64,000 bases of DNA from Eledone cirrhosa (lineage: Eukaryota): the NCBI GenBank assembly GCA_964016885.1, contig OZ024743.1, positions 35,216,001 to 35,280,000 of the forward strand, read 5' to 3'. Every line of letters begins with the position of its first letter. The stretch's first letter is position 1. Below, piece by piece: positions 12,905-24,669 of this stretch. The notes under the pieces are model-generated. The model was given only the letters and a program-made list of their open reading frames with translations. It made no database searches and was not told the DNA's origin. Both the position numbers and the translations under genes were made by a program.

Positions 12905-13178
12905 CCTTTTAGCATTTAAACCAGCCATATCCGGCCAGAATCTTTTCACTTCTTTCTGTTCAAACTGGCTGTAACCAGCCACTCATACTTATGTCAAGGT
13001 ATTGTTCTCAAAATAAATAATATTAAAATCTCATTGATTCAGTATTATGTGAGATAAAGTGTTTACCATGAAAATATAATAGTATAGGTACTATTAAGTT
13101 AGACATGGCTTGGGCCAATACTGGCCGAAACCTATCAAACTTATCAAAGTTATTTAGAGTAATGTAAATTCTAAAGGG
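12905..13178. mobile_element. piggyBac-type MITE
   Basis: TTAA|CCTTTTAGCA...CTAAAGGG|TTAA; internal sequence shared with the copies at 37901 and 56353. Confidence 0.78.
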
Positions 13179-14422
13179 TTAAGTAACATTCATTTAGAAG
13201 ATATCTGCAACCCAACTGAGAATTGAAACCTGAACAACATATTCAGTTCACTAGGAGGATTGCTTTTAAGATGTATTAAATAACATGTATTTAGAAACAT
13301 CAGAGACTTATCTTAGATTTTCTGGCCACTTTCCAGCAATTTAATAAATTGTAAGCAAAATATATATACTTTCTTCAGACTGATTAGAGTTATATTTGTA
13401 TTTTCAAATGAAAAACAGCAGGGAAAGATCTGATGAACTGTTTAGAATGGTAACTATTGATTGGGGGTGGATAATAATTTTAAAAATTAGGGGTTATGTG
13501 AATCTACTCTATGGAGGATATGAGTGGTGGTCTGACAAAGCTAGTCTCGAGATTTGAAGTAGAGGTTAGGGGTAGTGAACACATGGACACAGAGATGATT
13601 AGATGAGAAGGATAAAGATGATGCTATAATAAACTAGGGGTGATGATTAGAGATGGATGATAAAAAAAACAGTCAGAGAAATCTTGTATGTTCACGAGGA
13701 ACATACAACTGACAGGTGGAGAAGATAGTTTGAAATAAATGTATTTGAACTTAAAAGATATTCAGAAATAGTTATTTATTTGCATACATCTGATTGTTCA
13801 ACAATGATTATTTATGATATGTTTTATACACACATCTATTTATCTGTCTGCCTACCTGCATGTCTGCCTGTCTTCATAATCATTTTACATCTGCTTTTCT
13901 TTTCTAGGTTGGACAGATTGTTGTGAACTAAGTCAGTTCTTATTCAGACAAATAGACGACCATGTCTCACTCATATGTTAAATTTTGGGCATAATTTCTA
14001 CAGCTGGATGCTCCTCCTATTACCAACCATTTTACAAAATGCGAGAGATGTTATGTCCTTGTCAAGACTAAAGAGTCCTCTCTTCCCTAAAGTGTCTTTT
14101 TTCGTTTGCCATTCACTTTACAGAGTGTACTGACTGCATTTTATCATGGTACCAGCACTAGAAACACTGTCTTGACTCCAGCAAAACTAAAAAGTCCTTT
14201 CTACTCTATATTTGTTCACCATCACTAGAGAGTTGTTTCATTTCCAGCAGATAGAAGACTGCTGCACCCAGAGGCATAACCAGGGAAAATAGCACCTATG
14301 GCAAGCAGTGAAATTGTGCCCCTGCCCAACTTTGTATTTTTACCTATGGGCCTAATAATTTATATAAATGGTTTAATGATCCAGCCACCATAGTGTTTTC
14401 CCCAATGATAATCAGAGACAGA

Positions 14423-14545
14423 TAATAATAATAATGAAATTATTGTGTACAGTGCTCAGGTGCACTACAACTCATCAAAGGTGCATGTATAGTACATAGA
14501 ATAATGTACAAATGTCAGGAAAATAAACAGTGTATGAGTCATGAT
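14423..14545 (-). mobile_element. CR1 3'UTR-only copy abutting the tail of the long copy
   Basis: Direct repeat of 14546-14670 with subfamily differences. Confidence 0.8.
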
Positions 14546-17500
14546 ATAATAACAATAACGAAATATTGTGCACAGTGCCCAGGTGCACCACAACTCATCA
14601 AAAAAGTGCATGTACAGTACATAGGGCAATGCACAAACATCAGTAAAATGAACAGTGCACGAGTCATGATACACACATGTGTGCATGTGTATGGAAGGGG
14701 TACATCAGGTGTAGTTTTGGCGTATTTTGGGAAGCATGAGTGTCTTAAAGGATGCAGTGTCTCGGCAGCTAACAATTGACGCAGGCAGTTTGTTCCATGC
14801 TTCAGCAACTCTGAGCGTGAAAAAATGTCTGCGAAAGTCATGGGAGCTGTGCTGTTTTCTTATCTTGTAGGCATGTCCACGTGTGTTAGACACATGGAGA
14901 TCAAAGAGGCGCTCAGGGTTGCAGTTGGCGAGATGGTTAAAAACTTTGTGGGTATTCACCAAGTCCATTGCCAGACGTCGGAGCTTCAATGAATCCATGC
15001 CCAGGGAAGCAAGGCGTTCAGAGTATGGTAGGTGCCTGATGGAGGGTATGCGCTTGGTTGCACGTCTCTGAACAGTTTCCAGGAGGTCAATGTTCCGAGC
15101 AAGATAGGGGTTCCAGACTGATGATGCGAATTCCAAGTGTGGTCGCACCATAGCTGTATACAGTTTTAAATAGATGGCTGGAGAGCGGCTAACAAAGGTC
15201 TTGCTGAGTGATGCCAAGACACCCTCGGCCTTCTTGACAATCTTAGAGACATGCTTTGTCCAACGCAAATCGTTGCTGACAGTAATGCCCAGGTCACGTT
15301 CACAAGAGGACGTTTTGATGTCAGTGTTGTGGAGGGAGTATGTGGACGCTGGATTTTTCCTTCCAAAATGCATGGTGGTACACTTGTCCACAGCCAGCTT
15401 CAGTTGCCAGTCTGTGATCCATTGCTGCATTGTGTCCAGGTCTGATTGTAGGAAAGAGTTGTAAATTTCAGGATCAGTCCTTTTGATTTCAAGGTACAGC
15501 TTGATGTCATCTGCATATTTTAGTACCGTGGCATTCTGTAAGTTGGCATCTATGTCATTAATATATGCCACAAACAAAAGGGGACCAAGAACAGATCCCT
15601 GTGGTACACCAGATGACATCTCATATGGTGAGGAATGCTGTCCTAGAACCGTGATTACTTCCTTTCGGCTGAGAATGAAGGATTTCAGCCAGTCGAAAAG
15701 ATCATCCCTCACACCCATTGCAGAGAGTTTTGCCATAAGTCTTTTGTGTGGCACAGAATTAAAAGCCTTAGCAAAGTCAAGGTAAACAACATCCACCCAT
15801 GAGCCGCTGTCAGTGATCCGGGTGATGTCCTCAAGAAACTCGATAAGCTGATCACAGCAGCTGGAGTTAGGGATAAATCCAAACTGTGAGGGCCGGGTGA
15901 GGCTGTGAGAGCTCCAGAAGTTCCAAAGTGTTTCTCTGACACAGGATTCCATCAGTTTGGCCATACAGCTAGTAAGACTGACTGGACGATAGTTGACAGG
16001 TGACATTCGGTTGCCCTTTTTGAACAGGGGAATGACACTGGCAGTTTTCCACTGCTCCGGAGTAGCACCATTGCTGAGACAGTATTGAAAGAAAAAAGAA
16101 AGCTGGCGCAAAAGGAAATCCCCGCCACGTTTGAGAAGCAGGTATGTCACACCATCAAGACCAGGGGAGGCATAGTTGCGCTTATTCTTAAGGTGACGTC
16201 GCAACATTGCAGGTGTAAATTCCATAGTTGTTATGGAATTTGATGTTAGAGATGGTGGAGATGGTACATTCTGGTCTTCAACAGTAAAAATACTTGCATA
16301 GCACTCAGCAATGAGTTCTGCGCATTCCTTGGGATCGTCAGTGATCTGGCTTGTGTGGGGATTGCGAAGAGGACCAACTGGAGAGTGAGGTCTCTGCTTT
16401 GAATGAACATATTTCCAGAACACCTTACTGTCAGGATTGGTTGCGATGCACTGTTCAAATTCAAGCACTGCCTTCTTTGTCACTTGCTTGAGATGGTTAG
16501 AAGATTTATTCCGCTTTTTTCTGTTGGCATCTGATCTATGCAGTTTATATTCCTGTTCAGCGTTACGACGTTCTTTCCTGGCAAGTCGGACCGCTGAAGT
16601 TTCCCAGATTGCACTTTTGGAGTGGTTATTTTTCCGCTTCCGTGGCACTGATGCTGCACACGCTATCCATATTGAGTCCAGGATGCTCTGGAGTATAGAG
16701 TTCACATCTCCATAGTTATACATCTCATGCCAGTTTGGGCGCTGTAGCTCAGTGCAGTACAAGTTCCAATCCGCCCTCTTCCAATCAAAGCAAGCAGATT
16801 GGAGATGGCCCTGGTTTTTGTTGCTGCCCTCAAGTGCCAGATTGGCAATGATCATAGCATGATCAGAGTCGCCTAGAGGTTCCTCAGTAGTACAACTGAT
16901 AACCACTTCAGGAGTAGTGGTGAAGATCAGGTCCAAAGTGTTGTCACCTCTTGTTGGAGAGGTGACTACTTGTGACCAGTTTGAGTCCAGCACTAGTTCA
17001 AGGAAATCGTTTGCACCCTGTGGCCAACGAAAGGTTTCCCAATCGATCTCAGGATGATTGAAGTCACCTGCAATAAACACATAAGTGGCTGTTTTCTTGG
17101 CAGCAACTCTGAGGATATCGCAAAGCTGTGTGTCCTGATGGTAGTTTGGGGGTCGATAAACAACACCAAGCAGAAGTGTTGACATGGTCATACGTATGTC
17201 ACAGAAAAAAACTTCTTCCTGTGATTCGTTCAAATCAACGCAAGGAATTACCGAAAAGTTTGAACGAACGTAGACCATCACACCACCACCACGGCGGTTA
17301 ATGCGGTCCTTGCGGAAAAGGTTGTACCCAGTAATGGTGAAAACCCCATCACAGAGTAAGGAATGTGCCCATGTTTCCGTGACTGTGATGAAGTCAGGGT
17401 CGATGCTTCTGACGTAGGATTCGAACAGATGTATCTTGTTGCATAAACTGCGAGCATTTAATGACAACAATTTGTATCCTGCTCGCAGTTTATGATGGTG

Positions 17501-17633
17501 TGTAGAGGGTGGCAGGTTGTTCTGGTTTAGTTTCCCAGAGTTGTAGCAGTTTTTACATTGCCAGTTATTGCGGGTAGATCACACTCAGACCAGCTGAGAA
17601 ACTCCTTCAGATCATACATCTGAAGGAGTTTCT
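14546..17633 (-). mobile_element. CR1/L2-group LINE, 5'-truncated young copy with (TTA)n-type tail
   Basis: Contains the ORF2 above; 3'UTR is shared with other copies; 5' end stops in a PHD remnant followed by a fold-back. Confidence 0.9.
14705..17470 (-). CDS. CR1/L2-group LINE ORF2 (APE endonuclease + reverse transcriptase), uninterrupted but lacking its own ATG
   Basis: 921-codon frame. APE motifs LNARS, VTETW, GDFN, SDH; RT motifs NYRPVSLTS, DFAKAF, GVPQGSVLGPLLF, YADD; C-terminal VQRRATKRI...TRGH. Confidence 0.93.
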   Translation of the reverse strand: MLSLNARSLCNKIHLFESYVRSIDPDFITVTETWAHSLLCDGVFTITGYNLFRKDRINRRGGGVMVYVRSNFSVIPCVDLNESQEEVFFCDIRMTMSTLLLGVVYRPPNYHQDTQLCDILRVAAKKTATYVFIAGDFNHPEIDWETFRWPQGANDFLELVLDSNWSQVVTSPTRGDNTLDLIFTTTPEVVISCTTEEPLGDSDHAMIIANLALEGSNKNQGHLQSACFDWKRADWNLYCTELQRPNWHEMYNYGDVNSILQSILDSIWIACAASVPRKRKNNHSKSAIWETSAVRLARKERRNAEQEYKLHRSDANRKKRNKSSNHLKQVTKKAVLEFEQCIATNPDSKVFWKYVHSKQRPHSPVGPLRNPHTSQITDDPKECAELIAECYASIFTVEDQNVPSPPSLTSNSITTMEFTPAMLRRHLKNKRNYASPGLDGVTYLLLKRGGDFLLRQLSFFFQYCLSNGATPEQWKTASVIPLFKKGNRMSPVNYRPVSLTSCMAKLMESCVRETLWNFWSSHSLTRPSQFGFIPNSSCCDQLIEFLEDITRITDSGSWVDVVYLDFAKAFNSVPHKRLMAKLSAMGVRDDLFDWLKSFILSRKEVITVLGQHSSPYEMSSGVPQGSVLGPLLFVAYINDIDANLQNATVLKYADDIKLYLEIKRTDPEIYNSFLQSDLDTMQQWITDWQLKLAVDKCTTMHFGRKNPASTYSLHNTDIKTSSCERDLGITVSNDLRWTKHVSKIVKKAEGVLASLSKTFVSRSPAIYLKLYTAMVRPHLEFASSVWNPYLARNIDLLETVQRRATKRIPSIRHLPYSERLASLGMDSLKLRRLAMDLVNTHKVFNHLANCNPERLFDLHVSNTRGHAYKIRKQHSSHDFRRHFFTLRVAEAWNKLPASIVSCRDTASFKTLMLPKIRQNYT

Positions 17634-18166
17634 TTTTTCACTCTCCGACGAGGCATATTTGACTTTAATAGAAGGAACTCCTAGTCCAAGCGGCGCCCCC
17701 TTCATGTGGCGCCCATGGCAAGTGCCATGCTTGCCATACCCTAGTTACACCTCTGGCTGCAACAGTAACCAGAACAAAAGGGTGTTAGACGATTACTTAA
17801 TGTATCCCTCAGTATTTAAGACAGTAACTGACGTGTGGTAATACGGAAAAATTAGCTACTATATCTAGCAGACCAAGTGACTGCACAGAGATATTCTAGT
17901 TGGTTTGGTACTATATAACATATATCTTATGTTTATTGTTGATTAGCTTTTGATTTATATCTAACCATTTGAATTGGTACAATAATAAATCTTCTGTTAC
18001 TGATAAGGAACATCTATATTTTTTGTATATATTTTATCTAATTTGTTTCTGTTGTTGTCCTGAAAAGGCAAAAATAAAGTGAAGATTATATTGTAAGGGA
18101 GAGTATTCATAGTGGATCTACGAATTTTACCTCTGTAGAAATTTTTTTTTTTCTTTTTTCTTTTAG

Positions 18167-18246
18167 AGGTTTATCAGGCAGAAATTCCTGAACCAAACAC
18201 TGAGCATGTAAAGATTGCTAGTATAAAGTTTCAGAGCAACATATAG
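18167..18246 (+). other. Candidate terminal coding exon of an upstream gene (EVYQAEIPEPNTEHVKIASIKFQSNI*)
   Basis: Strong polypyrimidine tract plus TAG acceptor in unique sequence; no homology recognised. Confidence 0.3.
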
Positions 18247-18589
18247 TAGGAATGATAGAGTTAAACAAGTAGAAATCAATACAGTACTTATATATTTTGG
18301 TTATCAGTGTTGACGTTAGTAAACTAATCAGATAGTATTTAGATATGCAAGTAAAGGTATTCCTACATAGAATTGCTCTTCTCTTAAATGAATTAAACCA
18401 TACTTCATTCAGTGATATATATAATTTTATGTCCAATTTTCCCTTCTAGCAATGGGTTGGATCACTGAGATAGCAGAGTGATATAAACCTTTTCCATGTC
18501 AATTACCTCTGTGCATCTTCTACATATAAAGTCTTCCTTTCCTGTTAGTTTGCCTATTCTACCACTACATCTCTTGTGTATCCGATTAG

Positions 18590-19948
18590 GTGTGTAAGAT
18601 ATTTAGGTGTGATCAGGGCATTAAGGCAAGATAGGGGGTGCGAATTGCTGCAGGTTAGTGTATCCCCTGCATGTTTGCTTTGTTTTACTTTGTACACATT
18701 AGGGGAGGGTCTTCTGCAGTACGGCATGGTGCCAGAGGTCTTGATCCTGTGTCATCTCCTTAGTAAGATTTAATTGAGCAAGGTCAACTTTTATCACTTC
18801 ACTCCAAGTTTTCCTAGGTCTTTTTCTTCCATAGTTACCATCAACTTTGAGAGTCCTGCACCTTTTTACACATCTGTCATCCTCCATATACATCACATGT
18901 CAAGCCACTGCAATCTCCTCTCCTGTACATTGCATCTGATCCCTCTTATGCCTACTTTCTCTCTCAGTTCACTGATGCTTTGTCATTCATGCACACCACT
19001 ATTACACATCCATCAGAGCATGTGGGCTTCATTTCTTTCCAATCTTCATAGATCCTCTGTACATATTGCCCAGGTGACACGTCCATGCAGCATTGTTGTT
19101 CATACACAAGCTTCATCCTATCTGCTTTTCATTTTGAAGGAAAAATCCTTTGTAGCTAACTGCAGTAGTAGTTCTTTGCACATTTTCCATCCTGTTCTAA
19201 CTCTGGCTGCTATACTTTCAGAGCACTCACCTCCACTGTTAATTTGATTTCCTATGTAACAGAAGTTATCAATTATTTCTATGAAGCCTTTGGGCTTTTA
19301 AAGAGGCTTGTTAACTGTGAGCTCTTGCTGCTTACTGCTCCTGTGCATTGACCACATAAATAATAATAATGAAAATATTGTGTACAGTGCTCAGGTGCAC
19401 TACAACTCATCAAAAAGTGTATGTATAGTACATAGGGTAATGTACAAACGTCAGGAAAATGAACAGTGCATGAGTCATGATATACACATGTGTGCATGTG
19501 TATGGAAGGGGTACATCAGGTGTAGTTTTGGCGAATTTCGGGAAGCATGAGGGTTTTAAAGGATGCAGTGTCTCGACAGCTAACAACTGACACAGGTAGT
19601 TTGTTCCATTCTTCAGCAACTCTGAGTGAAAAAATGTTTCCGAAAGTCATAGGAGCTGTGCTGTTTTCTGATTTTGTAGGCATGTCCACGTGTATTAGAC
19701 ACATGGAGATCAAAAAGGTGCTCAGGGTTGTTGTTGGCGAGATGGTTAATAACTTACATACAAAGCCTACACTCTTTGTTAGCCTGCCTGAGATTCCACT
19801 ACATCTCTTGTGTACCCATACTTTGCATTTGGAACATAAGATGGAATTTCTACCTACTCCTTTCCTGAACACTAAGTGAGGCCCTGTTTTCCTTTCTACT
19901 TACTAGAACCTTAGTTTTTGTCAAGTTGACTTTAAGACCCTTTGATTC
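18590..19948 (-). mobile_element. RTE-clade LINE fragment, split by the CR1 at 19357-19752
   Basis: Encodes [15 protein letters not shown], the PHD-like segment and KRPRKTWSEVIK. Confidence 0.85.
19357..19752 (-). mobile_element. CR1 3' fragment inserted into the RTE PHD-coding segment
   Basis: Family sequence flanked by the two halves of RTE GFVC|GQC. Confidence 0.85.
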
Positions 19949-19959
19949 TATACATATAC

Positions 19960-20014
19960 ATACATACATAAATACACACACATACATACATACATACATA
20001 CATACATACATACA

Positions 20015-20045
<31 letters not shown>

Positions 20046-20072
20046 TTATATATATATGTATATATGTGTATA

Positions 20073-20135
<63 letters not shown>

Positions 20136-20166
20136 CCTAATGAGGGGAAGGGAATGTTAAATGATA

Positions 20167-20202
<36 letters not shown>
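19960..20202. repeat. Compound microsatellite (TACA)n/(TA)n then (GAT)n
   Basis: Read directly. Confidence 0.95.
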
Positions 20203-20205
<3 letters not shown>

Positions 20206-21604
20206 TACGTCTGTGATTATAAAAAAAAAGATATTCAAACTGCTCAGACTACATGAAGTGTAGCTATGCATAGGAATTCAATTCATTAAAGCAATCCCAT
20301 CATCTAACAAAATTGGTTGGTAGGATGGTCAGCACATACCATTATCCTGAGTGGTGGCTTTTGAAGTCTAAATAATCTATGGATTTATTGATTGTCATCA
20401 TACTCGACAACAAAATAGCAAAGTAGATAGATAATTGTTACCTAATGGAAACGTAGAATTATGCTTTGGCAAATATATTATTCACCCTTTAAATTTTTTA
20501 AGAGATGGTCAATACAGTACTTTCTAGTTAATCTTTTATCAAAGTACATAGCTAGATATTAAAAGCAATCAGGTTGAACAAGTTTGTGACAATATATGCA
20601 TGCTAACTTTTAAACTTGATTTGTTGTTGAAAGAAACACTGTTAGTCATTGAACATTAATAAACAATTGCTTGATCTGCTAAAATAGCAGCCAAATCTTC
20701 TTTCAATTCACATCCTATACTATCTTAATAAAAGGAAAGGGCATATTAGATAATAGGCCCACTTGAATAGGGCAACTATGTGGCTAAACAACAACCATTG
20801 TTGATACAAGCAGTTTAAGTTTGGATTATGTTCATTTTCTTTCCTTTTTCGGACAAAATGAGCAAACTTTAAGAAAAGAATCTTTCAAAAAAATGTAATC
20901 ACCTTCACCAAACCTCGAAATGTTGATTTGCTACATTTTATTTTAAATTCAAGACCGAAAGCTACAGGGGTATAGTCAATTGAATTGACTCTCAATATAT
21001 GACATTCTTTTTTTATAAATTCGAACCGGATTGGGGGGGGGGGGGGGGCAAAATTCAAACCTAACATGATTTTAATCCAGTACGTCCTTGTTTTACTAAC
21101 CAAAATCCTTCTCTTGGAAACCAAACGAAAAACACAGCCAACCAATGAATTGCCACTGATTCCGTCTATACTGCCCCTTCCGTGTGCCTTCAGGAACGAG
21201 GAAACCGAGAAATTCGTGGTATTTCATTGTCACAGTGTAACAACATTCCGATCGTCTAATCGGAAGCTTCGGCCGTTTGTTTGTGGTTCAAAGAAGTTTG
21301 ATTTTTTTAGTTTTGCTAGATATGTATTGTAGCTAAGGAAGATTTCTTGCCTTGTTTTTGCCTTCATGAATCTGTAGTAAGGTGGGTCAAGATGGCCAGT
21401 ATGATTTCCGTGACTTACCACACTCTGAGGTAGGCGACCCACGGTGATGTTGCTGGCTATCACTATTCTACTCATCGAAATTTGACTATTGATGGTTGGG
21501 TAGATCCCTCCATAGAGACCGCGAATCTAGTCTTCTCTATGCGTAGAATGACAAATTCTTGAAAATATTTCACTGAGAGTTTGAGGTGCATTAACTATCG
21601 CTAA

Positions 21605-21791
21605 GGGCGGTGGATTGGCAGTGTCGGTAGAGGGTCGGACGCCATGCTTTCCAGCATAGTTACGTCCCTTTACGATCTGAGTTCAAATCCCGCCGAGGTT
21701 GACTTTGCCTTTCATCTTTACGGGGTCGATAAAATAAAGTACCAGGTAATGCGCTGGGTAATTGCTGGCCTTGTGCCTAAAAGTAGAAACA
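21605..21791 (+). mobile_element. tRNA-derived SINE family A, full length, with 15-bp TSD
   Basis: A-box-like TGGCAGTGTCGG, B-box GAGTTCAAATCCC and a central GCCTTTCATC...GGGGTCGATAAAAT block; TSD ATTAACTATCGCTAA at 21590-21604 and 21792-21806. Confidence 0.9.
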
Positions 21792-24067
21792 ATTAACTAT
21801 CGCTAACCTAGCTTAGCTAGCCTGCCAATTGGTTGCCCAAGAGGTGACGCACAAATGAGAATTTGGAGATAGGTAGACAAAATGTCCTAACAAAGGATTG
21901 GCTGGACCCTTCCAAGGGTACTGTTATTCTTTGACATTTTATACCTTCCAAATGAGTACGTAAAGGGATTTTGTTTGGCAGTCTAGATTCTGCTTGCCAG
22001 GAAATATGTTCATTTGTGCTCGAAGTAGTCGAAGGGAAACAACTCTTGATTTTAAACATTTGTTTAGTTACAATTTATATCACTATTTAAGCACTTTCTT
22101 TTTATCTGTTTTGTATATCTGAGATGTCCGAACGAGTATCCTCCACCCCAAAGTAATTTACCATCCGCCTTTTGGCCCTGGCCGACAGGATGGAGAATAT
22201 ATGACCCTGGAGGGCGGTGAGGGAGGCGCGCTGGAATATTGTTTGAATGTGTGTATGTGTACGTATGTATGTGTGAGAGGGTATATTTCAAGCTTACATT
22301 TGTCCATATTCCACTTTGATGGACTCAGTAGAAGTTTTATTCTTCTAGTATTCTATTTTTAAAACATTTATATTTATGATAAAAACAATATTATTTTTGC
22401 GAATTAATATAAACGAAAATGAGATGGTTACGGCTAGAACGCCGACTGGATGATAGAGATCTGTTTTAGAAAGCATAACAACAGAACATCCATAAACATT
22501 GTTATTAAACATTACGTATGGAAACAATTTGAAAGTGATGGCTATCCGTATATAAGTATACAAAACTTCTAACAAATATGGTACTTTGTAAATAGCAATC
22601 AATAAAACGGGGGTGCAAATTATACTCGAGAATATAGGGTAGTTTAGGTTCATCTCTATGTTCTGACCTTGATTTAACTCCTCATCCTCAACCCAACAAG
22701 GTTATTAAAACAAGTACCTTTAACATACTGAGAACTGAGTCAATCGTCTATACAATCTCCTTGCTAAATTTGCGGCCTTGTGCTAATATGTGGCGTCTGT
22801 ATTTTTCTTTTTTTTATCATTAACGTGGATTGGGTTTTTACAGTGTAAAGGTTTTATTCAGACTTATATAAAACTATAATAATATGAATCTTACAAAAGG
22901 AAAACACAAACACATACGATATATACTAATATAAACGCAAAAAGAGAAATAAAAAAAACCTTTTAAAAAAGAAGAAAAATATGGGGGCGGGGCAATTTAC
23001 CACTAAGTGCGACAATCGGCCGCACATCACATCATAAGGGTTAACTAAACACTTTAAGGCAAGCCAACACACTTGCAACATTGCCACGGGTAATGGCGAG
23101 GCTAAGGTGGTGAAGGGTTAACACTCCCCTCTCACACCATCGTATAAGATGTATAACTTTCTCCACAGAGAGGAGGAGTTGAATTTAACATTGCAAACAA
23201 ACGAATCAGTAATTTTGCCGAGACACCGTTATTATAATTGTGAAACTATACTAATCTGATACCATGTTACTCACTCAAGCTATACAGATAAAGAAACAAA
23301 GCAGTAAAATCATGATGACTATTTTGTGTGTGCTCTTGTTACCACAGTTCAAGCATATCTTTGATGAATCTGGGCTGGTGTTCTTTCTCTTCTTGATAAA
23401 ATTCAAAGCGTGTTTCTAACATGGTTATTCTCGTTTATCAAATAAGCACACTAAAATCAGTTCTCTAAACTGGTCACAGCAAACTCTATCACACACATAC
23501 CCTTGAACTGGGCCGTTAAGGGCTAAAGATGATGGCCATGAACACAGATCAGCACTGATCGAACAGCTGGTTTTCTGGTACTCGGTTATGTTGACTTAAC
23601 TGCATGTTTTCTCAAATATTGAAAGGCCCTACCCGAAACTATGAAATTCAATATCTTCGCACAGTACAAAAATTAAAGTATTGTAGTAGATGTAAACTCT
23701 CTTCAATACAAGAAATATTTATTTTGGCAAACGTCAAAGAAACTTAGCAGCCCTTCAACATGTTGGGCCCCCTATTCCTGCATATCAAAGTAAAAAAGAA
23801 AGAAGAAACAAGAAGTCAGAAATTTAGAACTATGATTTCTTTTAACTATATCCAACACCAGTTATGAGAAATTCGTTGACATCGAACTCTGCGTCCAAAA
23901 TTATTAAATTCAAATTTCTTTTCGTTAACTATCCACCTCTACCTGCGCCCTTTTTGTAAAAATGTTGTATAACATTAACAGAAACCGATTTAAAAATTGA
24001 ATCCAAAATTTTGAACGCAGTTAAACGTCACTTGTATAATTAATTGGTTTGAATCGATTATACACAC

Positions 24068-24653
<586 letters not shown>

Positions 24654-24669
24654 TATATATAATATATAT

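Larger units (their letters stand above)
14269..17755. mobile_element. hAT-type non-autonomous DNA transposon (MITE) hosting the LINE
   Basis: 17-bp TIRs: CAGAGGCATAACCAGGG vs reverse complement of the right end CAGAGGTGTAACTAGGG (14/17). 8-bp TSD: GCTGCACC (14261-14268) / GCTGCAAC (17756-17763). Confidence 0.75.

Noticed and set aside
9134-16715. Many + strand ORFs (e.g. 9134-9469, 9899-10249, 15174-15785, 16437-16715)
   Set aside because: They are antisense shadows of the CR1 ORF2, with no independent coding evidence.
17597-17639. Rho-independent terminator (stem followed by T run)
   Set aside because: The locus is eukaryotic; it is better explained as a fold-back at a LINE 5' junction.
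21066-21332. 88-aa + strand ORF as a protein-coding gene
   Set aside because: No recognisable motif or splice context; kept only as part of the promoter-like finding.
21605-21700. tRNA gene
   Set aside because: A/B boxes belong to a SINE head; there is no cloverleaf, and a tail and TSD are present. The same applies to 40872-40940.
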